From: Lingula anatina
Lineage: Eukaryota > Animalia > Brachiopoda
NCBI GenBank assembly: GCA_051362555.1
Contig: CM120640.1
Span: 46,230,788 to 46,294,787, forward strand
Reading direction: 5' to 3'
Length of the DNA stretch: 64,000 nt
The notes beneath the pieces were generated by a model. The model saw only the letters and a program-made list of their open reading frames with translations, ran no database searches and was not told the origin of the DNA. Below are positions 25,701 to 37,590 of this stretch, in pieces. A program made the position numbers and the translations under genes. Position 1 is the first letter of the stretch. Every line of letters begins with the position of its first letter.

Positions 25701-28700
25701 AAAAAAAATAATAATAAATAAATAAAGATAAATAGGTCCTCTTTGTGATTTTTTCATTTTCCATAATGATGTATTACCTATGATTATCAAACAATCTGTG
25801 ACCTTTTTTATTTTGAAATGTTTAAGCTGCTGTTCAGAAGGAATTGGACACCATTAGCAAAGTGATGAAACAGCTTGGAAAAGCCCACTGCCAGGAGAGG
25901 GAACGGATCACTGCAGAGCTGAATGTAGTCTATGATGCTGAGCAGAAAAACAAGTACAAAAAACAAATCCAATTGATCTGCATTCGACAGAGGAAACTTG
26001 GTCAGTGTTTCAGGTTACACGCACAGATATCAATGAAATGGAGAAAAACCAAAAGAAATCTTCCAAAACCAACAGCCGTTCAATCCATTCAGAAGAGGTC
26101 ATTGCTAAGGAGTGTTCCTATCACTTGCGCCAAAGAAAATGAGTTAGAAACAGTCAGGAAGAAAATGAAGGAAATCCCACTGGATGTGAGCAAAGGGAAT
26201 AAGGAAAAATCCAAGGAACCTGTGGTCATCTATTTACAACCCAATTCAAGACAGCCACAAGAGGAAGTGATGTCAGGTAAATTGCATGATATGGCACATA
26301 CTAAACCATCAGACTTACTGATATCTTGTCATCAGACTGGTACTCAAGCAGTCACCATACTTGAAGAAAGCTACACTTCTTCACCCTCAATAAGAGCTAC
26401 CCCTGGTAGCAAGCCAGTTTTTCCAAGCCACATGGATTCTCATAAGTTATCTTCTAATTCTGCCATCAGTCTGTCCGGAGATTCCGAGCTGCGCGTGCAC
26501 ATTGACTGAAGCGACGGCCATTTCCGCACTACTTTCAGCAAAATCGAGTGAGAATGGACGACTTTTGATCTCTTCTTGTTTTCATGTGTATTTTTGTCAA
26601 CTGTTGATGTGATTAAACGATATGTATATAAAAGGAAGCGGGAATGTCTAGGGATTCGGAATTTTAAGGTTAGTTGTCATAAAAATAGATTTAGAACTGT
26701 AAAATGGGAGATTTATCCACGCGGGTGATTGCAAATGGAGCCCCGTTTCAGGTGTCCGCAATTTTCTATTTAAAGATTTCTGTAAGAATTTGAAATCTCA
26801 CAATTTTTTAAAAACTAAATCATGAAAGCCAATTAAGCTGGGTTTCTGGCAGTATATATGTTTTGTAAATTCAGCTTTGTCCATTTTTTTTTAGCGCGAG
26901 GTGAAATCGACGCCAAGCACTCGCATTTCTGAAGCGTGTCACACTAGTGCGTTTCAACTATTACAAAATTGCTACAATGTTTATTTCACCAGCGTTTTAC
27001 ATATATTCTAAAAGCTAAACAAGTGGGCTTCGTGTTGAAATTAAATATATGTTGCGTTCGGGTCCCAACTGGCTGGCAAAGTGTTAATAATCCCGTGAAG
27101 TCTGTGTAAAAGTTGCAAAACCGATTATTTCAAGTGCAGTAGGTTACTGTGATTATGTATCGCAGGAAACGCAAAATATTTTCAAACAATTATATCTTGC
27201 AGAAAGACGAGATCATAAACTTTCAAATGCTATATCATAAGGTATGTCTCCTACAATTTTTACCCATTTTGTGTGGGGAAATAAGTGAATCTCCAAAACG
27301 ACGACAAAATGGAACCCCATTTTCGTCATAATTTATAGCGTCACGTGACCAACCTGAAGCACTGACCCGACTTAGAAAGACTACAAGTTTTCTTAAATAT
27401 TCTGAATATCAGAGCAAACAGATTACAATGAAAATAAAAATACGAACAAGGACTGTACATCAAACATCAGATTTATTCCAAGAGTTATATGCTTCATTCT
27501 GAAAACATCAAAAATGGTATAGTTATGATCCACCCCACAAGAAATCCAGTGTGAATTTTGACTAATATAGGAAGATATTGCTATATCTAGTAATAAATAA
27601 AACACGATTTTTTATTTGGATATATATTTACTGTACAATGAAGTACTGGCCTATGGCCAGGTTGTACTTTTTAAAGCCTGAAAGGGTTTTGATAATAAAA
27701 AAAATCATTCAGCACCGGTTTATTCATTATATTAAGATCTGCACTAATGCCTTGTTCTCTTATTTTACTGCTCAAGATTTATTTCTATGTACTAGTACTA
27801 TTTTTGTCTCTTACATATTAAACTATTTAAAATGAGGCCCTTCCAATTATGATTTGAAAAAATCCCTCATCTACTTAAATTTACATGCAAAATATTAAAA
27901 TCTGTGTAATAAACACAACTAAGTAAACTTGTGTCCTTAAAACACTGTTCCTGGGAAATGTTCATTCAGCCTCATGAATATGCACTGAACTTTATCAAAG
28001 TTTGCCTTTTAAATCAAAGCAGTTAACAAGGCTGCAATAAACTATTTGGCAAACTTGATCTGTCTATTCTAGGGGCAGGAGAAGCACCTGCCCCATCAAG
28101 TCATGAATATTACTTTAGCCAAAACTGACATACAAATAAGATCCTCCCCAGCTGAAAATTCTTAAATATAATTTGTAATTAAATAGTCTACATATCAAAG
28201 TAAAATGCATTAAAAATGAAAAAAAAAAAAAAAAACTTCAGTATTGTATACGAGTATGTTTCAATTTTTTATTTCCCTAGAATCTTCATTTACCTGGATA
28301 TGACAATCAGAAAACTAAACCAATTTTCAAGTTCAAAATTGTGCTGTTTTCCCTGCCACCCAGTGGTTGATAGATTCCTTGACTAAATGATCATCAAAAC
28401 TTGGCCCCTTAAAACTGCCGTCAAAAATTTGTTAACTTAAGCATAATATTCCCCAAACTGACCTCCAGTCAGATTTGATTCTTTTGAGAGCACTGTATCC
28501 TCTCTCCACCTGAGAAGTGGACAGGCTGAACAAGGCAATTTCAGTTAGCATTATTGTATGTATTCTAATCTTTGTCTGGTCTCCTAGCCTTGAAACAAAT
28601 CGGTACACGTCTTTTTTTTTTTAATTCACTATAAACCTGCCACCTATGTACTCTTTAAAGGCAGGCCACTCTCAATGGAAGTCTTTTGGGTCAAAGCCTA

Positions 28701-31700
28701 TCCTGTTTAATACTGCAGGGGTCAAAACAGAATTTGGGCAGGACTGGCCAATACGGACCAGTGGATCTTAGAGGTACTGGTCCGTACCAAGAAGTACTGG
28801 TCCGTAAAATTTTACGTTAAAAATTAGTAGTTTCAAGCTACTAGATATAACGTAAATGCATACATGTTTAACATCCATTTTTATTTCTATATGATTATCT
28901 AAACACATTCATATTCTAGTCAGTTCCTTTAACTGTTTGTACACATCCTCCTCTGCTAGCTCATCATTATCATAATATATAAAAAATAAAATGGATATAT
29001 AAAAAATTATTATGAAATAAATATAACTTCTACATATATCCATATTTTAATCTTAAAAATTTAATTTAATTTTAATTGCTGGGGTTGAACGCGAGACGAA
29101 AAAACTTCTCTCAAACTTTACTAGCCCGAACCAAAAAACACTAGCCCAATTTAAATAATTCATTTAAAAAGTTTAAGCAGATGCTGTAAAGAGTTGTGGT
29201 ACCATACTGTACTTTCTTATAAACCTTATTATAGAAGTAGAGCAAGTGAATAACAAAGTCAATCAGGTTAATTTCCAGTTGATGGGGTGGTAAAATTAAT
29301 TAAAAACATATTTAATTCTTTTAATATTGAAAAAATTATTTTTTAAAATTTGTAATACTGAATATAGTTACCCTTACTTTTCATATTTTTATTATATCTT
29401 TTTTTCCATTTTTTATATGCAATCAAAATGTTTTTTAAATTCCTATTCTTTTTATTGACAATGGCTCTTTTCTGACAATTTATTTCCAATTACATCGGTA
29501 TATAATGCCACTTCTAATTTAAAATACATAGGTGCTGTAAGGGTAATTAAACAAACGTCTTACAATTTTTTTTTGGTAACAATTCTTTTGGTTATATATT
29601 TGTAAAAACAACTTTTCAAGGACTTTACCAGGACAAAGTGTGGAGGGGTAGCCATGGCATAAACTGAACTATCCCACATTGTCAAGAATAGTTCATAGGG
29701 TATTTATGTAACTGCCATGTATTTACTCATGGACATTAAAATTATAAATAAAAAATATAAACAAAAAAGGAAATACAATACTCCACCCCTCAGTCTGCTA
29801 AGTGGTCCTAACCTAAATGTTCTATGAGATAACGCATACATTACACTTGCTTCGGAGACAGTGTTGTTTTGACAAAGAACCTGTTGCTAGTACCAAAGAA
29901 TTCCGGTCTGATCCAGTTTCTTGATTGACAGCAATTTGTAGTCATGACAACAAACTGGTCAAATTAAAAGATGCCGACACGCTGATCAGACAGACTGCTA
30001 CTATGAATAACTACAGTGAAGTTATTTATAGCAACTAATCAATATTCAGTAGTTTGAGCTAGGTGTGAGTTTTTTTCAACTGAGAGGCATATCATACTAT
30101 CTAGAAACGTCAAATAAGAGGCAGGGACAAAGAAGACTGGCGACTCATATTTTTGAAATCTTACTGAGTGTTAAAATAGGTTCAAAATTACAGCTAGTGC
30201 TTTATAAAATTTCATCTTTTTTACTAGCCCGGTGCCACTATAGGTGGGCAATTGCCTCGGGCTAGTGCTTAACGTCGCAGACTGTGGGTTTGGCAACGAT
30301 GTTCGGCACTTTTCAGCGGTCGCCAAAACGGACCAGTACCCCTGACAGGTAGTCGCCCGGGACGTTTCTAAGTCGCATTGGCGAGTGGGCGACCGTCTGT
30401 TTTGACCCCTGATACTGGAAGAAAATAATGTTCCAGAACTAGTCTGCTATGAGAAAGGTTTCTAGGGTAAATAATATCCAAGACTCTACAAAACACCATC
30501 TCTTGTTCAGTCACACCTGCATCAACAGCACCATCACACAAAATTGTGTGGAAATAAATTTTCCCTGGTCTTGACTAGAACACCTCTTCCCTTATTGTCA
30601 GCTGATATGAAATTCAGGAATCTGTTAAAAATAATTATAATATAATGATAAAATCATACATGTGGAAACAAATTTATACAAAGCAGATAAAAACTGAAAT
30701 TTAATGAAAAATCTATAGATTAAAAAAAAAAAAATCACCTCATTGTCAGTCTCACACCAGTTGTTTATCAAAGTACTGTATAGTATTAATAATTCCTTGG
30801 TCCTACTAGTTATAGGCCAGTTATAAAAAAAATACAGAAGTATTGGCTTTTTTTTTTTTTTTTTTTTTTTGATAAACACTTAATTACCTTCTAACTGGTA
30901 TCTTTTCATTTCATGCCATCAAGTCCATTCTCATGCTATAGCTTAGGCAGGGATAGACCTGTATGCTGTCAGCATTTCACTAAAACTGAAAAAGCACAAT
31001 GCATAGGTCATAAAGTATGCTTTGGTCATAAAGTGTGGCTGTGCCTTGACAAACTATTTTTTAAAAACTTGTTTAATTTAATTTAAACTTATTTCATTTA
31101 CTTTTATTTTAATACCAACAATTTCAGATATTAATAGAGAAAAATTGTAAAAAAAACACAATATTTAAACTTATAATGTAAAACAACTTTGGAACCTGCC
31201 CTAGAAATTAGTACACCTGTAATGCTGATTGCGCAATATGCTAGTTAACAGGTGTGTATAGACACACACCCCCTATTTTGGAAAATGTCTAGATTCCAAC
31301 TCCATAAAGGAAATAGAAGGGATAAAGGTACGCAAGTACACATTTTACAAAGTGCAACTGTAACTTTGCAACAAAATGTAACATTTCACTATGACTGAAC
31401 GTCAACAAGTGCATTTGAACTATGCGAAGGGAGGTTACTCCAAAATCATTTCTATATATTTCGGCGCTTCTATGAGACTTAGTGAATGCAAAAAAGACTC
31501 ACCTTTTAGTCTGCAAACCCAAAGCTATGTAACTTGAAAGGCAAACGGCAAAATTTTCCAGTCCGAAACCATGTTATGGCAGCGATATGGTCTATCTGCA
31601 GCACCGATGTCGTTTCTTCATGTATTGTTTTCCATAACAGCTCTCACTATGACAGTGACACACTGTATACTATAAATATACACTTGAAAAGCTGAACATT

Positions 31701-34700
31701 CCATATTTTCAACCGAAATGCAAGATTTACCGAGAAAAACGCTCTCGAGTCACTTGCTCAGTGCAACGTGACAGTCCCAATTTCGACTGACCTACATAAT
31801 TCGCACTAAAATAGAGATTTTACAAAGAAGGAAGGTCTCACAAAAAAATTATTCTTCGTGGTGTAATTTGAGCATATATAGTTTCATAAATCATTATAAA
31901 ATCAAAAAATTAGGTTTGTCCATTTTTTCTGCAATCATTTCATTTTTGGGTAAAAAATTCCAAGGTCAGCTTGGGAAAAACGCGTGTGCTATTTTTAGAC
32001 AGCTGATACAAATTTTTCCACGGAAATGAAATGTTAATTTTACATTGTGCGTTTACATCAAGTTCTAAATTTTATTTTTTGAAAGTTTCAAGCAGAATAA
32101 TGGGCTATTCACAGAGTTTCATGGATTTTCATAACAGATATGGATTTTGCAAAATATGGCGCGAAACACACGTCGCGGACTATTTTGTGCAAGCGCGTAG
32201 GATTTTTTGTAATAATCACCGCTTACGCATTGATATGCCAGATCTCCGGACAGACTGCATAGCCCCTTTGGGTAGAGCACCAGTTGCTGACTCTGCCCCA
32301 ATGGGAATGCTGCAGACAAGTACATCATCTAGTGTAAGTTCTGAAATAGTTTTTAGTGCGACACCTCTAGGGATAGGGGCACCATGCGATGGGTTTTTCA
32401 CAACTGGAACCAGCAGTGCACCTGATTCAAGTAGTCATGGTTCCAAATACCTGTCAACTGAACAAGGAAAGGCAGTACTGGCAAAGGCACAGAATTCCCA
32501 TGCCATCCCAACACCTGTGACACCAGTTACAGGCAAAGTTAACTTGACCACTTCGTTTCCCCCAACTGCACAGCTGCCTTCATCAGTGCCTACAGTGTCT
32601 GGTGGGAACCCCTTAGTTTTGCAGCCTGAGTCAAGACTAAGCCTAAGTGACAAGCAAACTATGACTGCAGGCACAGGGCAATCGACCACTGTGACAGTGT
32701 CTGCTGTCCAACAACAAATCACTTCAGTGGCCTGTAGTACAGCTTCCACATCAGGTATGCCCATACCAGGTAATGAGAACTGAAGCTACATTCACACGCC
32801 ACTACGTATTTCGGGAATCAGTATATAACTGCTATCTGGTCACTGATTATATTAACACAAATTGAACTGATTTCTGATCCAAAGTAGTTCCTCATAAACA
32901 GAGCTTCAAGCATTATATTTTCAATTTTGGGTGTTTTTTCCTTGAAGCTTGCGCAGGTTGAGAGTAATGCTAAATTTTGATACATTTATGCCATATAGTA
33001 TTTTAAAACTTGCAATCTTATGAATTAGTTGTGGGTTGAGAACAAACGAAGACATTTACAACCACGGTAGCATGTTAGTTTGTTCTTTTTTCCAGGATAT
33101 ATTCTACCACCAATGGCTTCAAAATCATCTGCCTCTTATCTTTTATCAGCTGAGGTATGTTTTCTTTCATGACACAGTGTAAAGCAAGCTAATTTTTGAA
33201 ACATGATAAGCAGTAGGCTACAAAAGATTTTCCACTACAGTAGGATCAATGAAAAATATTGGTGAAACAGACATTTAATTCGGCATGAAATGGTTTTGCT
33301 TGCAGACATGTGAAAACCATACTCATATTTAAGATATCCTGTTCGAAATGTTGTACAGGTACATTTTAATTAATGCTATTTTTTCTCATCTGGTAATTTT
33401 CCCTTAGATTCTGAATCCTCATAAGAAGAAGGAGCTTAGTCAATACCAATTAACAAATACAACAGTAACAGGGACTACAAAAACTGCAGCAACTGTGACA
33501 TTGTCTTCCTCAGTGTCTGCTGTGAAGCCAGCAGCATTTCCAACTCTGAAGGAACTGATAAAGAGCAATGTCATTACACCAGAACCAAACTCTATGTTTA
33601 TCATCATGCCTGTAAGCTACCAACTGATTAAACTGATCACAATTTGTTCATTAAATTTTTATAGCTTTTGAAACATTTAGTAAGTCCTCAAATTATAATT
33701 ATCATTCTTTGTTTTCTTTGATTTATAGCTTCATTGTAGCATTTACACTTGCAAGAAAAGAATGTTTGAATTATATCTCACATAAATAATTAAATATTTT
33801 TTTCCAAAATAGTGGCTTCAAGAAAATATATTAATGTTTTGAAAAAATTAAACATTGCTTAGTTCATTTATAAAAAATTTTATACCTTTACAGAATAAGA
33901 TGTATGTTGCTAGCCTGCTACCCAGTGGCCAGATTCAAGGTGCAGGAGGGGAGACATTTAAGACCCCCACCCAGTGGTGCAGTGCTGTATTGCCTGTGCC
34001 AGTCAGGAAGTCTACAGCCTATCAAAGGGTAGGTGATCTCCAGGGGAGGAGGAAGAGGAGTTGGTGTAATATTGCTGTGTGTGCCAGTCAAGTAACCGAG
34101 TCTCATTGATTATAAATTGCTATCAACGTAACCCGGCTTAAATGCCTGTCACGTCTAGTAAAGCTGTTACAGGGGCGGATCCAGAGATATTTTCTGACAG
34201 TCTTCTAAATTATCTTTGTTGATCCGTCCTCCATTTTTGACCGTCTTCCGACAGAAAAAATTGGATACCCATCAATGTTAACTTTAAAATCTGACTGTCT
34301 TCCGGAAAACCCAGAAGACAGCCTAAATCCGCCCCTGTGTTAGGGGGTAATTATCTTTACCCCCTGGCTGATTCGGTAGGCGTGACAGACTTTTAAGCCT
34401 CTTGACCTGATAGCAATTTAGTGTGAACCCCCAGGGAGTTAGGTCGATCCAGATGGATTGATCTAAGTATGGGAACCCAGTCTTAGTGGTGCACTCCTGT
34501 GCCTATTAATATTATATTATCATATGTGCTTCAAAATACAATTATGCAATCATAGTTGATGAAAATGGATTTTTTTTTAAATTTTTGACACTAATTTACC
34601 CCTACACTTAAATGCAATATGAGTGATGTTCGGAGTATCATATTTTCTAAAATCACAGGTCTTCTACAAGAGCAAGCCATTGTCCAGCTACAAAATCCCC

Positions 34701-35564
34701 ATACCAGAAGTTATTCAAGGTTATATATTATAAAATGTAACAAGAGCTATAAAACATGTCAGTTTTTTTACAATTCTCTTTTATATTCGTATATGATGAG
34801 AAATATTTGAAATAAGCATGTCTTTTTTTAACTTAAAGATTCATTTTTAATCGTTTAAAACATTTATCATTGCTTCATATACCAATCATCTCACATGTTT
34901 CCATTCTTCTTTATTATTATTATTTTTTTAAATTTCAGACACTAGCATTCAACCACTTCGCCAACAACCTGTGACATTGAACACTGACTGTTCAGAAAAG
35001 TACTCTGCTTTAAAATTTTTTTTAATTTTGTGTTAATTTTCCACAATTGTAATTTTATAATGTCTGTGATGGTGCAATGTATTCATATTATAATTTGTGT
35101 ACAAAAAAGTGTACAATACAATATCATACCTTAATTTTGGCACATACAAGAGCAGGCACTGGTACATATCTAAGTAACAGATTTGAAATTATTTAAGTTA
35201 TTTAAGTTTAAGTGAGGAATTGTTTAAGAAGCCTCCTGTTTTAAAGAGAAAAAAATGGTAATATTTATGTCCAGCATGTGCTCACATCCTTAACATATTT
35301 TTGCCGCATTTTAGTGTCTCCCAAGCTCCACCAGCACTAGAAGTACCTGTTAATACACAAGCTGCATATTATCCAGGCACAAAAGAAAATGTGGAAGAAA
35401 AACCTGGTCTTCACAATTTGCTCAGAAAGTGCACCATTTACCTGACTGGCACTGAGGAGCTATTGCCCTCTGATTCTTATCTCCCAGCAGATTTTTGGAC
35501 TGCAGACTGTTTTCAAGATGTTACACTTAGCCAAGATCTGATAGCAGATATTGATAAATGGTAG
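22768..35564 (+). CDS. ANKRD31-like protein without ankyrin repeats (~998 aa once the insertion is removed): acidic disordered N-terminus, coiled coil, RAMA domain, ANKRD31-type C-terminal motif; exons 22768-22853, 23583-23620, 23937-23983, 24181-25011, 25543-25633, 25827-26466 + 32261-32754 (one exon split by a transposon), 33096-33154, 33408-33611, 33894-34028, 34659-34719, 34939-34999, 35315-35564
   Basis: Phase-consistent exons sum to 2997 nt. RAMA-like segment TLKELIKSNVITP...MYVASLLPSGQIQGAGGETFKTPTQWCSAVL...AYQRVFYKSKPLSSY. The coiled coil QERERITAELNV...QIQLICIRQRKL...QISMK and the C-terminus TIYLTGTEELLP...DFW resemble, from memory, conserved regions of vertebrate ANKRD31. Confidence 0.7.
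25230..25345 (+). repeat. 3'-end fragment of the same HINE-like family as 17905-19600
   Basis: GTTAACCATTACGTAATATTGCATCAAAATTGACA...TGTACATTTGACAGCTTTGTTGCCTTGT matches ~19195-19225 and ~19515-19598. Confidence 0.75.
28340..30520 (-). pseudogene. Decayed hAT (ZNF862-like) transposase C-terminal region, itself interrupted by the element at 28716-30411
   Basis: Minus-strand translation across the nested insertion: LEHYFLPVLNRIGFDPKDFH*EWPAFK...MLTEIALFSLSTSQVERGYSALKRIKSDWRS...GPSFDDHLVKESINHW, which matches the hAT dimerisation motif (S...ERGFS.LK.IK...R...GP...W). Stops and frameshifts are present. Confidence 0.75.
28716..30411. mobile_element. Nested non-autonomous hAT-like element, 16-bp TIRs, 6-bp TSD
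   Basis: ATACTG|CAGGGGTCAAAACAGA ... TCTGTTTTGACCCCTG|ATACTG, with subterminal repeats (GGACCAGT/ACTGGTCCGTA, GTCGCC). Confidence 0.85.
34113..34420. mobile_element. Small inverted-repeat element (MITE) carrying a second MITE
   Basis: TAAATTGCTATCA...TGATAGCAATTTA ends plus the imperfect inner IR GGCTTAAATGCCTGTCACGTCTA / TAGGCGTGACAGACTTTTAAGCC. Confidence 0.65.
34170..34337. mobile_element. MITE, CAGGGGCGGAT termini, 5-bp TSD TGTTA
   Basis: TGTTA|CAGGGGCGGAT ... ATCCGCCCCTG|TGTTA. Confidence 0.8.
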
Positions 35565-36542
35565 TGTATTCCCAGCAGCAAAAAACGTGGGAATTAATAG
35601 TGAGGACTTTTTTTCCTTGATTAACCTCAGACAGGGAGAAAATATTTTTAAAAAGCATGATTGAATATACAATAAAGTAGGACATTTTTGTGTTCTTCCT
35701 AAGATTCAGGGCAAACTGCAGTGATCATTGATTGAGGATGGTGAAGTTTTTCTCAGCAGCAAAAAAAATCAGGGATTAAGGAAAAGGGGCTATTTCTTTC
35801 CTTATAACGGTGAGAAAGGAGAAAAAATATCACAACACTATTTTGTAGCTCTTCTCATCAAATTCAGGGTCAACTGCAACAGTTTTTGATGATTGAAATT
35901 TTTTACTTTGTTTTTGAAATTTTCCAGATATACAGATACAGTTGTACATAATAGTACGTGTACATGTTCATACTGTACTAGGGAATAAGTTTGAACAGGC
36001 GTGGAAAGGCCTGGCATAATTGCTGGTACATTGTATATTGTTTTGTGTTCTATTACAAGGTTACGTCAGATAGAGAATGCTTTTATTTTAATAGCCTTAA
36101 TTCCTTCTTAACCATATTCCTGTTTAGTTTTTATTTCTGTTTGTACCTGTTATTGTATTAGATGGATGTTGCCAAAGTGCAGTAATTGTATAGTGTATTA
36201 TTGTTTAAGCTTGTATAAATTACTTGTTTTTATTTTTAATTAAAGTTTAATAGCAGAATAGTTTCCTGTCTATTACCAAGTTACTGATTTTTGTGCATAA
36301 ATCGATTGTTAAGGCAAATCAAAATCCGCGCGTTCTTGACGCTAGGCCACCTGTCAATAAATTCCACCGATTCAAGGCTCGGCAGGTCACGGTTATGCAT
36401 AGTTGTCCTTTTAACGCGACTATTAAAGCGGTCGTTGTTAAGGCCCGATGCAGCCAATGGGCTTCGCGTAAACAAGAAAGTGCGGGGCGAGTTAGATTAC
36501 TGGTGTCCAAGTGAAAACAATCTGGTGGTACAGCTTTGCAAA

Positions 36543-37590
36543 ATGTCATCTTCACTGGCATCGCGAAATGTGACGATATATCGTAGCAGTGATGGGACAT
36601 TTCAAAGTAATATGAGTTACCTGTTGCCTTGGAAAACTGATAGGAATCCAGGTAATTGAAAAGCCTTGATTGTGTTTAGTTAGTGTTGAACGTACCTGCT
36701 TAATTAATTGTGATAAGTTCGCGTGTGACACCTTCAGCCAAGGTAATGGTAATTAATTCGCTATTAAAGCTGTGTCAACTAAAAGCAACTGAAATGAAGT
36801 ACTAATAGGGAACGAAGAAAGAATAAGACTGTCAACTGTAGTTCAACTTCAGATGTTATAACTGTATCATTTGATTGATAAATTAGTATTATACGACACT
36901 GCACCAGAGCGTGGTCTTTTATTGGACACAGTATATAACAACGCAACAAAAATATCTAGATATCGGAATATTTTTATCTTGGTTGTAGTGATTGAAGTGA
37001 TCAATATTCTGTCTCATAAAGTTGGTTCACTGTACTCAATCGCCGTCTAGTGTAACTGCACGTTCTGCTACATTCTAACGTGTATATCGATTCAATTACA
37101 TGTACATGTATGTCAATTTTTTTTACCACACGTGTTATTAAGTGTCTTGTTTATTATAGATCCGGCAAACCACCTGTTGTGGGACAGCCGGCAGAGAGTG
37201 CTGCCTCCGAGATACCGCACGTTAGCTTACATGAGATCAGAAGGTAAGCTGTTACTTAGTATTTTGAGGTTTGAGAGAGAGGCCGAGCATTTCGTTTATT
37301 TTCCCGTAGATACATGGTTTGCTTGTCGATCGTTGTACACGTTAATTTGGATTGATTTTCTGTATATGTTAATGATTTTGTGATCTGCTTGCAAAGTTTT
37401 ACGGCTCTTCGTTAATCTTGTGCTAATAGTTGTTTTAAAGTCCATGTAAAAATAATGAAATTGTTTAGGAATAAATGGTAAACACACTGTTAATTCGTTC
37501 ATTTGTTCGTTCATTTCAGATCTTAGGAAAGAAATCCCCGTAAATCACGGACCAAACACTGGGCAATACGACTTTCAGTTTACCTACTAG
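36543..37590 (+). CDS. Small unknown protein (87 aa), exons 36543-36651, 37160-37243, 37520-37590
   Basis: Strong splice sites (CAG|GTAATT, TAG|, AAG|GTAAGC, TTTCAG|), both introns phase 1: MSSSLASRNVTIYRSSDGTFQSNMSYLLPWKTDRNPDPANHLLWDSRQRVLPPRYRTLAYMRSEDLRKEIPVNHGPNTGQYDFQFTY*. AATAAA at ~37673. Confidence 0.6.

Larger units (their letters stand above)
26467..32257. mobile_element. 5.8-kb DNA transposon, perfect 16-bp TIRs, 3-bp TSD (CAT), inserted in a coding exon
   Basis: CAT|CAGTCTGTCCGGAGAT ... ATCTCCGGACAGACTG|CAT. Removing the element plus one CAT restores the reading frame (..SNSA-I-APLGRAP..). Confidence 0.9.

Noticed and set aside
32031-32260. N-terminus of the 250-aa ORF as a separate gene
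   Set aside because: The first ~76 codons lie inside the transposon end; the rest continues the interrupted exon.
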